From IMG/VR virus record IMGVR_UViG_3300030108_001317, positions 1 through 55,746 of that record: 55,746 nucleotides of DNA; one strand, given 5' to 3'. Origin of the DNA: a virus. Its lineage: Duplodnaviria; Caudoviricetes. Below, piece after piece: positions 45,929-55,152 of this stretch (the stretch's first letter is position 1; each line of letters starts with the position of its first letter). Below the pieces are notes generated by a model. It saw only the letters and a program-made list of their open reading frames with translations. It was not told the DNA's origin and searched no databases. A program made the position numbers and the translations under genes.

Positions 45929-47790
45929 TATTTTTTACCGTCCTGTCTCATTTCTAATCTAAAAGACCCTAATCGCCAACCATATCCTAAACCTGTGCTT
46001 TCAAATCTCAATATAGCTTGTCTAGTTCTTGCCCTTATAAAAGCTTGTTGTGTTGTAGAATCTATTGCACTTGTAGATAAGGTTGTCGGCGTATCTAAAG
46101 GAAAATCAACGCCTTTTACAGAAACATTAAGCGTATTAGTAGTACCTGTTTGACCTCTAAATTTTAAATCCGGAATAATTTTAGATACAAACATAAAATG
46201 TTCACCATCAGGTTCTAAATCAAAATCAGATGTTTCAATAAAAGCTGTCATAGCAGTACCATCTGCATCATTACCAACTTCGTGATTGTATAAATAATTT
46301 GTATTGCTATTAGTTGTTTTACCTGCTGCCACAGGAAAATCTAAAGAATTTGCTTCTATCCAAGCTGTTCTGACAAAATCATTGTCTGTGGTGCCTATAC
46401 TCCATGTATTTTCTAAGTAATTAAATATTACATATCTATCTAACTCATCAGAATCGGCAGAAGGATAAAACCACATAATTTCATTATGGTCTACATTGGA
46501 AAGTCCAAAAACTTTAAAACTTTGTCCTAAATTTATATCTGCAAATATATAGTCTTGTACTGCACAAGGTAAAGTTTGTACGCTACCAGAATAAACATAA
46601 AAACTACCTCTATCCATAAAGAAAACTTTATTGTCAGCATTTATAGCAGCATTAGGAGAAATCATAGAAGGACCCTGCATAATTTCTGCAAAACTAAAAA
46701 TAAAAGGTGCACCGCTAAACTGCATAGAATGCAAACCATTATCTGTCCATATAAGTATCTCTTGCCTAGTTCGTAATGCTCCTATTATTGTTGAACCACT
46801 AGATAGTCTGGTTCCACCTGCTGTATTAGTAGAAGTAGGAGTCCAATCTACTGAACTTTCTTGGTCTGACCATCTAACAAACAAAGGGTCAATATCTGTT
46901 GAACCTATTGGATTTGCACCAAAACAAATAATATGTCTATCAATATCTGACACCATTATTTGTAAAGCTTTTACAGGAGGTGCACTTGCTCCTGATAAAT
47001 CAGAAAAAGCTACAGCACGTTGAGAAGTTCCTGCACTTTCATCCCATAAAAATATTCCTCCTCCTCTAACACAAGTAATTAGGTCATCACCAAAATTATC
47101 TTGCGACCACAATCTTAATTGATTGTTAGCAGATAAAGAACTTATAGAACCCCAAGCACCAGCACCCCAAGTATCTACACCCCAACCTGTTCCTTTAACA
47201 AAAGTATCTAATCCTATATTAATTTCATAACTGCCATCTACACCAGAACCTCCATTACCAGTATCACTAGAATTTGCTGTAACTGTAGAACCTGAAGTAT
47301 CTTTAGCTGTTATCTCATACGTATTAGCTGTTAAAGATTTATCTATTGTATATTCTTGATTTAAAACGGCAGCAGTTATATTTCCCCCTAGAGACACAGC
47401 TTGAGCAAAAGTTACAGTATCTCCTGTGACTGCTCCATGTGATGAATCTGTCACAACTACTGTTGATGAACCATTTGTAGCTGCAAAAGTTATAGAATCA
47501 GTTGAAGTTTTTCTTATAGGGGTAATATTATTAAAATTATCGCCTTGTTTTACATATAATTTTAAATGTGTACCTACACCAATATAATCAGTTTGTCCTT
47601 GGTCTCTATAAGAATGAAGACTTCTGCAAGTTCCCTCAAAACTACTTAAAGTATTTTTTTCCCATCCTCCTATTTTTTCAGGTCTTCCGCTTCTAAATCT
47701 TACTTTGTCTGCATTAAAAAAACCGCCTTCTTCTGAATAAGAAGTTCCTTCTCTAACTATGCCGGGTCTAAAATCATATTTTTTTAACAT
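45928..47790 (-). CDS. Tail nozzle / head-stabilisation protein (P22 gp10 / tail tubular B-like)
   Basis: KVRFR.GRPEKIGGW, VRWSDQE, EIMWFYPS, C-terminal WRLG..RL..RQDG. Confidence 0.65.
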   Translation of the reverse strand: MLKKYDFRPGIVREGTSYSEEGGFFNADKVRFRSGRPEKIGGWEKNTLSSFEGTCRSLHSYRDQGQTDYIGVGTHLKLYVKQGDNFNNITPIRKTSTDSITFAATNGSSTVVVTDSSHGAVTGDTVTFAQAVSLGGNITAAVLNQEYTIDKSLTANTYEITAKDTSGSTVTANSSDTGNGGSGVDGSYEINIGLDTFVKGTGWGVDTWGAGAWGSISSLSANNQLRLWSQDNFGDDLITCVRGGGIFLWDESAGTSQRAVAFSDLSGASAPPVKALQIMVSDIDRHIICFGANPIGSTDIDPLFVRWSDQESSVDWTPTSTNTAGGTRLSSGSTIIGALRTRQEILIWTDNGLHSMQFSGAPFIFSFAEIMQGPSMISPNAAINADNKVFFMDRGSFYVYSGSVQTLPCAVQDYIFADINLGQSFKVFGLSNVDHNEIMWFYPSADSDELDRYVIFNYLENTWSIGTTDNDFVRTAWIEANSLDFPVAAGKTTNSNTNYLYNHEVGNDADGTAMTAFIETSDFDLEPDGEHFMFVSKIIPDLKFRGQTGTTNTLNVSVKGVDFPLDTPTTLSTSAIDSTTQQAFIRARTRQAILRFESTGLGYGWRLGSFRLEMRQDGKK

Positions 47791-48230
47791 TATTCTTCTA
47801 AAACTCTGTCTCTTAATCTAATAGCCCTATCACCTACCTGTGTAGCCCATTTACTGTCTAACATTTCTACAGCAGCAGTTTTAAAATCACCAATTTGCAT
47901 AGCTGATAAAAACTTTTTAAATTTACTTAGTCTAGGATAACCTAAATTAAAACCCATATTTACCATTACACGTTGTTTATTATCATCTAAATCTCTCCAC
48001 CACCAAAGATTTCTATCTAATTCCTCGCATACTGTATTTATATCAGATTCCAAACACTCTAATATTCTTTCTTCTGAAACAGGAGTGCCAACAGGTTTAC
48101 CGTATTCTTCATCTGTTTCTAATATTAAATGTCCTACTCCAAGTGTAGGATAACCAAGATGGTCTAAATATATTTCGTATTTATAACCTTCATCTAATAT
48201 TAATTCTTTTACTAACTTTTCTTTGTTCAT
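47790..48230 (-). CDS. Endolysin, T4-lysozyme-like (GH24)
   Basis: Catalytic E-x8-D-x5-T: DEGYKYEIYLDHLGYPTLGVGHL; also NMGFNLG, MLDSKWA.QVG.RA. Confidence 0.9.
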   Translation of the reverse strand: MNKEKLVKELILDEGYKYEIYLDHLGYPTLGVGHLILETDEEYGKPVGTPVSEERILECLESDINTVCEELDRNLWWWRDLDDNKQRVMVNMGFNLGYPRLSKFKKFLSAMQIGDFKTAAVEMLDSKWATQVGDRAIRLRDRVLEE

Positions 48231-48294
48231 ATTAAAAACCTTCCCCTATCAAAACAGAACAGGAGCAGACTTGCTCTAAATTAATAGGGGTCGG

Positions 48295-48765
48295 CTAATC
48301 TTGTTTCTGTGAGGCACCGAAATAAAAACTTATTACAGCACTAGCTAATCCACCTAAATATCCTAAAACTAAATTTATTAACGCTTCGCTATTTTGTTCT
48401 GGTGGTTGTAAGGTAACTAAAAATATATATGCCAAAAATCCACCTACAGTTGCTATACCCATAATTCTAGCTGTCCAATCTTTACCAAATTGTCCTCTAG
48501 CATTTTGTTTATCGGCAGTTTCTAATTTAAAAACATCAACATCTAACTCTTTCATTTGCAATTCAAAAGCTTGTTCTGCTTTTTTTAACTCAAGCATTTG
48601 CTCCGGTGATGCTGTTTCTAATGCCTTCTCAATAGATTTAGAATCATTTTTACATCCTAAAACATCAGAAATCATATTAGCAGCCATACCGCCCATAGGT
48701 CCTCCTATGGCTGTACCTAATGTTGGTGCTACTGCACCTACCACACTTTTTAATAAATCTTTCAT
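48295..48765 (-). CDS. Putative holin
   Basis: VAPTLGTAIGGP.GG, two C-terminal TM helices ending FYFGAS; adjacent to the lysozyme. Confidence 0.55.
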   Translation of the reverse strand: MKDLLKSVVGAVAPTLGTAIGGPMGGMAANMISDVLGCKNDSKSIEKALETASPEQMLELKKAEQAFELQMKELDVDVFKLETADKQNARGQFGKDWTARIMGIATVGGFLAYIFLVTLQPPEQNSEALINLVLGYLGGLASAVISFYFGASQKQD

Positions 48766-48767
48766 TT

Positions 48768-50531
48768 CTACTCCCATGTATAAACTTGTAAGGGTTTTGA
48801 TTTGCCTTTGACCTCTATAGGGTCTAATAATTTTAAATCAAAATCGCTATATTTAGCTGTCTCCTCACCTATTAAAACACCAACACCTGCAACTTTTGTA
48901 CTAGATTCTAATCTAGCTGCAACGTTACAAGGGTCACCAATTAAACTAAATGCAAACCTATCTGTAGCACCAAAATTACCTGCTATACATACACCACTAT
49001 TTACTCCGATACCTATAGCAACTTCTGGTATGTTTTCTTCTACAAATTTTAAATTAAGTTCATCTATATTTTTTTCTATTTCTTTGGCAGCTTTCAAAGC
49101 TAAATTATGATGGTCTTCTTGAGGTATTATGGTATTCCAATGAAACATACCTGCGTCACCAATAAATTTATCTGTGCATCCATAGTATTTATTAGCTGCT
49201 TTAACCTGTGCATCCAATACTGCATTCATTATGTATGTAACCATTTCTGGTTCTACAGATTCAGATAAACTGGTAAAGCCTCTAAGGTCTGTAAATATAA
49301 TAGAACAATCCACTCTTTTACCGTTTACCTGACAAAGTTCAGGATTAGCCTGTAATTTTTTTACCATTCTAGGGTCTAAATATTTACCAAACTGCTGTTT
49401 AATTTGTTGTCTTAGTTTGTATTGTTCCCTAAATCTTAAATAAAATGCTGTGGTCGCTGTTACAAATTGTGATATTAAAGACCAAACGACATCTATTAAT
49501 AATCCTTGTTGTATCAAATAATAACCACTAAAACTTGTGACTATAAAAACTATACTTGTAGATGTTACTCCTAAAGTTATTCCAAATATATTAATTAGAC
49601 TTATAACTAAACAAATAGATATAAATGTAATTAATAATTCTACAAACAAAGAATAGTCAGGTATATATGGACTATCTTGTATTAATATAGATTCTGCTAA
49701 AGCTGCCTGTATTTTATGAGGTTCTAATAAACCTTTTGGTGTAGCTAACTGTGGCATTATTCCTTTTGCTGTAAATCCAACAAAAACAAATCTGTTTTCT
49801 ACATTCATTTCTTTTAATGTAGTTTCACGTGGAACCGTCCATGAAATCCATTTTCTGCCTAAACTATCTGTTTTTACAGGTGGTAAACCTTTTACCTTTA
49901 TTTCTTGGATGCCATTATCATTAGTTTTTATAATGTAAGTATCTGCACCTGCTAAAACTTTTAATACTTCAGTACCATAAGAAGCAACCCAACCATCAGG
50001 TGTTCTCATTAATAAAGGTAATCTACGAACTAAATTATCTACGTCTGTTCTAGCTACAGCTAAACCCTGACTTGCATTTTGTTTCAACAATTCAATGTTT
50101 TCTATAACACCTGTTGCTTCTAAACCACCTATATCCTCACCTAATACAACTGTGCCTGTTGTGGGCGGATAATCTCCTGTGCCTTCAAACATAGCCAGTA
50201 CACTTGGAGAAAAAGACAAAGCATTTGCAAAATCAAAATCACCACCAAATCTATCTGGTTGTGGAAACGCTATAACCCATCCAACTCCTATAGCACCTTT
50301 ACGTAATAAATTTATATGTATTTGTGCTAATGTTTGCCTAGATAATGGATAGCCACCTTCATTTGCTATATCTTCTTCTGTTATATTCAAAACAGCAAAA
50401 TTACCTGAAGGTTCTTTATCTGCTACCAATCCGTCAAAAGTTTTTAATTTTATTGTTTCATAAAACTTAGGCTGTATAACCTGCACAAAACAGAGAGATA
50501 TTAACAAACCTATGTATATATACTTATTCAC
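48768..50531 (-). CDS. CHASE2-domain membrane adenylate cyclase (class III)
   Basis: N-terminal TM, CHASE2-like region (YPLSR, FPQPDR, DVDNLVRR.PL, LATP.G), 3 TMs, then FTDLRGFT, DKFIGDA, IGIGVNSG, GD.CNVAARLE. Confidence 0.92.
   Translation of the reverse strand: MNKYIYIGLLISLCFVQVIQPKFYETIKLKTFDGLVADKEPSGNFAVLNITEEDIANEGGYPLSRQTLAQIHINLLRKGAIGVGWVIAFPQPDRFGGDFDFANALSFSPSVLAMFEGTGDYPPTTGTVVLGEDIGGLEATGVIENIELLKQNASQGLAVARTDVDNLVRRLPLLMRTPDGWVASYGTEVLKVLAGADTYIIKTNDNGIQEIKVKGLPPVKTDSLGRKWISWTVPRETTLKEMNVENRFVFVGFTAKGIMPQLATPKGLLEPHKIQAALAESILIQDSPYIPDYSLFVELLITFISICLVISLINIFGITLGVTSTSIVFIVTSFSGYYLIQQGLLIDVVWSLISQFVTATTAFYLRFREQYKLRQQIKQQFGKYLDPRMVKKLQANPELCQVNGKRVDCSIIFTDLRGFTSLSESVEPEMVTYIMNAVLDAQVKAANKYYGCTDKFIGDAGMFHWNTIIPQEDHHNLALKAAKEIEKNIDELNLKFVEENIPEVAIGIGVNSGVCIAGNFGATDRFAFSLIGDPCNVAARLESSTKVAGVGVLIGEETAKYSDFDLKLLDPIEVKGKSKPLQVYTWE
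49822..49835. promoter_or_regulatory. parS-like core
   Basis: GTTTCACGTGGAAC (translates VPRET); outer flanking bases deviate from the consensus. Confidence 0.4.
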
Positions 50532-51607
50532 GAACCTTGAGTTATTTTAATTATAGAATCACCACCACCATTTATTTTTACCGTATTAGAAACACCATCT
50601 TGTATAAATATAACTGTGTAGCCCTGACCCGTAGACAAATCAACTTGTGCTGATTGATTTACTTTTCGTCTTAGTGATATTGATTGACCTGTTACTAAAG
50701 TTATTATTTGTGTATTTGTATCTTGTCCTATCTGTGTTCCTGTAATCCTAGTAACTGTCTGCTCTTGTTTCAGGTCATCTTCTTTAAGTTTATCTAGTTC
50801 TTCTACTATTTTTAGTAAGTCTTCAAAAAAATTTACATCTAAATAATTTATATCCAGTTCAGTAAATTCTAATTCATCTTTAGCAAAGTAGTCAGCATCT
50901 AAGTCTTCAAACTCTAAAAAGTCTACATCTAAAATATTATTACCTGTACTTGTTTCTTGTTCAGCAAACTGTTCATTTCTCTCCGGTGGTTGAACAATTA
51001 ACATATTGTCTATTACATCTAAAGTTAAATCTAAAATGACAGGTTTGCTTGGTATAGATTCATAAACGTTTGTTGTTGTTGCTTCGTAAGGTTTATTTAA
51101 CGTTACTGAACCAAAAGCTGTCGTTACTAATATTTCACCACTAGATACGCCATTAGCATCAGGTAATAAAATTATTAAACTTCGACCTAATTCATCTACC
51201 GTACAAGTAAAATCTGTACCTCTTATAGCTATATCAGCAGTAGGAGTCGTAATAGATATGTTTTCTTTATTTATACGATTTAAATTACCTGTAATGAAAC
51301 GTGCTGTACCGCTTGCAAAATTTAAAGCTAATTTAGATTTTGAAGGATTCGGGTCAAATATATATTCATCTATAACTAACTGACTGTGTTCTGTTAATTT
51401 TACTGTTGATTTATCAAGAAACTGTATTGCTATTCTGCCCTGCTTTGTTTGCACGTTGTCATTCTGCTCTATACCAAACTCTAGTTCAGCTACATAGGGT
51501 TTATCTCTGACTACTTGTGCATTACCTTTTAACTCAGATATTTCTCCTATATCAAGGGCATGAAGTTGATGTGCCCCCATCATTTTGTATAACACACACA
51601 GAACCAT
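50528..51607 (-). CDS. FecR-domain exported protein with acidic C-terminal region
   Basis: IG.I.ELKG.A.V.R, D.VQT..G, F.DKS.V.L.E.SQL.ID, G.ARF.TG, TPTA.IAIRGTDF; start uncertain (51583-51664). Confidence 0.85.
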   Translation of the reverse strand: MVLCVLYKMMGAHQLHALDIGEISELKGNAQVVRDKPYVAELEFGIEQNDNVQTKQGRIAIQFLDKSTVKLTEHSQLVIDEYIFDPNPSKSKLALNFASGTARFITGNLNRINKENISITTPTADIAIRGTDFTCTVDELGRSLIILLPDANGVSSGEILVTTAFGSVTLNKPYEATTTNVYESIPSKPVILDLTLDVIDNMLIVQPPERNEQFAEQETSTGNNILDVDFLEFEDLDADYFAKDELEFTELDINYLDVNFFEDLLKIVEELDKLKEDDLKQEQTVTRITGTQIGQDTNTQIITLVTGQSISLRRKVNQSAQVDLSTGQGYTVIFIQDGVSNTVKINGGGDSIIKITQGS

Positions 51608-52253
51608 TATTACCGCTTGATAATATCTTGAGCCAATCTGAAGCCAATGTACTTTGTTGCTCAATATTAAAACTCCTTGAATTACCAGTTTGGTCTAAAT
51701 AAAAATATGCACCTGTATATCCATCACCATCATAAGTTACAGAATTAGAGTCGCCATCAACATCTACATAAGAAGTAGCTTGGTCTACATCTATGTCAAA
51801 ATCAAAAGTATTACTACTACCTTGTATAATCCAGTCTAAATCCAGAGTAGAAGCTAAGTCATTAGTAGCAAGGTCAAGTGTAAATGTGTTAGATGAACCA
51901 TCTACATCTACGTTTAAATTACCACTATCTGCCCCGTAAGTGTTAGTTGGGTCAACCTGTATGTTAAAAGTGTTGCTATCTCCATCAAAATCAAACAAAC
52001 CAGTAAATGTATCAGACGTTATATCGCCTAAAAATTTATTGCTGTCACCTATTTGATTTATATCTAGTGTCATAGTTACACCATCAAGGTCTAATGCAGT
52101 CATTGTTCCTGCTACAGCATTCGCTCCACCTATAATATTAGATGAACCTAATTGCTCTATATCAAGATTAAATGTTGCTCCCACTTGGTCTACATAAATT
52201 TCGTTATCTGCCCATAAGAAACTTACCAATAAAAAAGGTAATAATTTTCTCAT
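51552..52253 (-). CDS. Curlin-like (CsgA/CsgB-type) beta-repeat exported protein
   Basis: Signal peptide ending LWA|DN; repeats NEIYVDQVG, EQLGSSN, NQIGDSN, DGDSN, DGSSN, QGSSN, DQTGNS. Confidence 0.7.
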   Translation of the reverse strand: MRKLLPFLLVSFLWADNEIYVDQVGATFNLDIEQLGSSNIIGGANAVAGTMTALDLDGVTMTLDINQIGDSNKFLGDITSDTFTGLFDFDGDSNTFNIQVDPTNTYGADSGNLNVDVDGSSNTFTLDLATNDLASTLDLDWIIQGSSNTFDFDIDVDQATSYVDVDGDSNSVTYDGDGYTGAYFYLDQTGNSRSFNIEQQSTLASDWLKILSSGNNGSVCVIQNDGGTSTSCP

Positions 52254-53038
52254 TTTTTTAAATTCCAAAATCTCTGCTCTATCCCTTGCTTTATGGTTTC
52301 TAAAACAGCAGTTTCTATTGCATTCTGCAAAGCTATATTGACTGATTCATTTTCTACCATGCCATTTTCTATTTCTATAAGTTCTGTATTATCAGAAACA
52401 AATCTAAATACATCCTGACTCAAAGCAACACTAATAATTGATTTTGTTGTAAGTACCTCCGTTAATACTTTTCCTGTTGAAACTGATACAGTTCTTAGTG
52501 ATACCGTAACTGTATCTTCTCTATATTGTTTGGTATTTCCTATACCAAGATACCTAGCACCCAAGCCGCCTGACTTTACGTTGCTTTCGTACCCTATTAC
52601 ACCTCCTTCCATTATTAAACCTGCAAAGGTTAGAGGTAATAATTCTTTATTTTCTTGAAATGAATTTCTTGTTTGTCTTATAAGTTGTCTTTCTTTTGTA
52701 AGGTTATCCAAACCTATACGTTCAACTACATCAAAAAATTTGCCATTACCTGCGTGCTTTAATGCTCTAATTAAATACGCATCAGGTGCTTGTGTTATTG
52801 CTGTACTAAAACTAGCATATTGGCTATTGCTTCTACGTTGTCCTGTTTGGTCAACAAAACTTTCTGGATATACTGCCACACTAGGTCTTGCTCTTGGTAA
52901 ACCTATATTAGCTAGTTCTTCATTTATTAAATTACTAACCTTAGATATTTCTGTTTTAGTAACTGGCGGTATAAAATTATTTAATACAGAACAACTAGAA
53001 ACTAAAGTCACCGATAGGCAAAGTAATAATAGTTTCAT
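52250..53038 (-). CDS. csgG: Curli secretion channel CsgG
   Basis: Lipobox LVSSC; VAVY..F.DQTGQ, FSTAITQ, F.VVER.GLDNL.KERQLIR, EGG.IGYESN..SGG.GARYLGIG...QYR.D.VTV.LR. Confidence 0.92.
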   Translation of the reverse strand: MKLLLLCLSVTLVSSCSVLNNFIPPVTKTEISKVSNLINEELANIGLPRARPSVAVYPESFVDQTGQRRSNSQYASFSTAITQAPDAYLIRALKHAGNGKFFDVVERIGLDNLTKERQLIRQTRNSFQENKELLPLTFAGLIMEGGVIGYESNVKSGGLGARYLGIGNTKQYREDTVTVSLRTVSVSTGKVLTEVLTTKSIISVALSQDVFRFVSDNTELIEIENGMVENESVNIALQNAIETAVLETIKQGIEQRFWNLKK

Positions 53039-53468
53039 TTCCTTCCTCATCAGTTATTTTTAAAGTTATATAATCACCATCAACAGAATATTCAATAGTA
53101 TTGCCTTCTAACTCTAATATGCCTTGTTCCTGTTGTATTTCGCCAAATAAGTTATCTACAAGCTGCCTACTTAATTGTGCATAAATACGACTCTCTAAAT
53201 TTCTTATAAATCTAGCTAACGTAGTATTATTTGCTTCTCTTTCTAGTTCTTCCTGATAAGCTTTTATTTCTGCTTTTAAGTCTTCTTTGCGATTAAACTC
53301 TTGATTTTCTATCGTTAAATAATGTGCCGAAGTTCCTTGACCTGAAAAACTTGGATTTTTAAACTTAAATGACATTTCATCTGCATTTAATGTTAAAGAA
53401 ATTAAAACAATATTTGCTAAAGCTAATACACAAATTAACAAAATTATCTTTTTTTTTCTTCTATCCAT
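52995..53468 (-). CDS. csgF: Curli assembly protein CsgF
   Basis: Signal peptide followed by DEMSFKFKNPSFSG; F..NLESRIYAQLS.QL...LFG. Confidence 0.88.
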   Translation of the reverse strand: MDRRKKKIILLICVLALANIVLISLTLNADEMSFKFKNPSFSGQGTSAHYLTIENQEFNRKEDLKAEIKAYQEELEREANNTTLARFIRNLESRIYAQLSRQLVDNLFGEIQQEQGILELEGNTIEYSVDGDYITLKITDEEGNETIITLPIGDFSF

Positions 53469-53818
53469 TAATCTTTCCGTTGGTCATCTCTATCTGCTTT
53501 TGCTATCTTATTGCTATCTATTAGTTGCGGTACACCAAGTATGGTTTTTATAAGCGTATCTTGTCTAATAATTTCATTATCTAAACTTCGTACTCTATCT
53601 ATAAGAGCAACTAATATGCCATGTTGAGAGTCAAGTTTTGTGCCAAGACGTTCTTCCATTTGAGATATTTGGTCTGCTACCTTATCGTCTAGCACATCCA
53701 CTTTAGTTTCCATGCCATCTATAATTCTATTAATTAATTTCCAAATGAAAAAACCTAATCCTAAAGCAGCAGCTATAGGAAAACCAACTTCATTAATTAA
53801 TCTAACTGCATCTTCCAT
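53468..53818 (-). CDS. Single-TM coiled-coil membrane protein
   Basis: INEVGFPIAAALGLGFFIW then LIDRVR.LDN.IIR; TAATG coupling to csgF. Confidence 0.6.
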   Translation of the reverse strand: MEDAVRLINEVGFPIAAALGLGFFIWKLINRIIDGMETKVDVLDDKVADQISQMEERLGTKLDSQHGILVALIDRVRSLDNEIIRQDTLIKTILGVPQLIDSNKIAKADRDDQRKD

Positions 53819-54240
53819 TAATCTACAGGAGTAAATATACCTTCATCAATTAAAATTTTACGATTACGTTGATGTTCTATTTCTATATCTTCTTTTGACT
53901 GACCATAATAAGCTACAGCTAAATGAGACTTAACCATAGTTTGATTTATGTTTTTTCCATCAACTACTACTTCGCCTAAAACTCTACCGTATTTGCCTTT
54001 AGAATCTTTAAGTTTTGTTTGTATAACTACTTGTTTACCTTTTTCTATTGATTCTGTTAAAAACGCTGTAGCCATTTTTCCTCTAGCTTTCTCATCTTTG
54101 TTGCGAGTACGTGATTCGGGAGTATCAATACCATATAAACGAACCCGACAACTATAAGAAACATCAAACCCAAGGTCCAAAACAACATCCACCGTATCGC
54201 CGTCAACCACTCTTTTAACTTTGCAACTATACTCATACAT
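53818..54240 (-). CDS. Thermonuclease (SNase-like)
   Basis: RVVDGDTVD, RVRLYGIDTPE, GKYGRVLG. Confidence 0.9.
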   Translation of the reverse strand: MYEYSCKVKRVVDGDTVDVVLDLGFDVSYSCRVRLYGIDTPESRTRNKDEKARGKMATAFLTESIEKGKQVVIQTKLKDSKGKYGRVLGEVVVDGKNINQTMVKSHLAVAYYGQSKEDIEIEHQRNRKILIDEGIFTPVD

Positions 54241-54328
54241 TCTTCTTCCTTTTTTTCTTTACCCTTTTCCGTTTTTTAGAGGGTGGTTTAGTAATTTGAT
54301 TTTTTATGTTTGCTCTACTTATTACCAT
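54233..54328 (-). CDS. 31-aa very basic peptide (not in ORF track)
   Basis: MVISRANIKNQITKPPSKKRKRVKKKRKKNV*; overlaps both neighbours. Confidence 0.45.
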   Translation of the reverse strand: MVISRANIKNQITKPPSKKRKRVKKKRKKNV

Positions 54329-54630
54329 TTTACTTTATCTGCCCAATAAGCTGCTGACATCTTGCCTTTTTTAATATTTTTACCATGTCTTGCTTTAAAA
54401 GATTTACGTTTTGCTTTCATACGTGCAGATTCACCTTTTTTTGGTTTACCAGCAGTACCGCTAACAGTTCCCACTTTTTTACCTTGTTGTCCAAAACGTA
54501 TGGTTTTTATTTTGTCACCTTCTTTGGCAACAACAATATGAGATTTTTTAGGATGATTAGGAGTACGTTTAGGTTTATTAAAACCACTAACTCCTGCTCT
54601 AGCCAATCTAGGGTCTTTCTTTTTAGCCAT
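54322..54630 (-). CDS. Basic conserved phage protein
   Basis: KSH.V.AK.G...K.IRFGQQG...RKSFKARH...SAAYWA.KVKW. Confidence 0.7.
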   Translation of the reverse strand: MAKKKDPRLARAGVSGFNKPKRTPNHPKKSHIVVAKEGDKIKTIRFGQQGKKVGTVSGTAGKPKKGESARMKAKRKSFKARHGKNIKKGKMSAAYWADKVKW

Positions 54631-54872
54631 TATCTTTTTTTACCTTTATGTAGTCCATGTCTAGCGTGTTGTTTGCCTTTTTTAGTAGCTGCTCTTTTCT
54701 TTTTATTAGCTGCTGCTAATTTTTTTCTGCCTTTTGGAGTTGACTTGAGTTTTTTTATTGTTGAAGCCGGTGCATATACTTCTCCTGTTTCTGAAGACTT
54801 TTTGCCACTAGGAGTTCTCCATTTTTGTTTAGTCCATCTTTTAAGACTTTTTTGTGTTTTTTTTAGTGCCAT
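54630..54872 (-). CDS. Basic conserved phage protein
   Basis: QKSLK.WTKQKWRT.SGK.S..TGE.Y.P. Confidence 0.7.
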   Translation of the reverse strand: MALKKTQKSLKRWTKQKWRTPSGKKSSETGEVYAPASTIKKLKSTPKGRKKLAAANKKKRAATKKGKQHARHGLHKGKKR

Positions 54873-55152
54873 GTGCTTTCCTTATTGCTTCTTTACCTTT
54901 TTTAGCTATTTGTGCTTGTGTTGGTTTTCCTGCTACTTTGGCTCTTTGTTCAAGCACAGTAAGAATTTGTATCTTTCTTGCAAAAGGTTTTTTAATTTTT
55001 TTAACTTTAGCTACAGTTGCTCTTGCATCAGCAGGAGTAGCAAATTTTATTGATACTGTATCTTTAGGATTTTCATCCGTATACAATCTTCTTCCGCTAC
55101 CTTTAGGTTTTTTGCCTGTTCCCTTTTTAGGGTCTTTATTCTTCTTCTTCAT
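54841..55152 (-). CDS. Basic conserved phage protein
   Basis: GTGKKPKGSGRRLYTDENPKDTVSIKF...KIQILTV.EQRA. Confidence 0.65.
   Translation of the reverse strand: MKKKNKDPKKGTGKKPKGSGRRLYTDENPKDTVSIKFATPADARATVAKVKKIKKPFARKIQILTVLEQRAKVAGKPTQAQIAKKGKEAIRKAHGTKKNTKKS

Noticed and set aside
48768-53468. Host chromosomal flank (prophage boundary)
   Set aside because: The cassette is bracketed by and translationally coupled to phage genes; no integrase or att site was seen.
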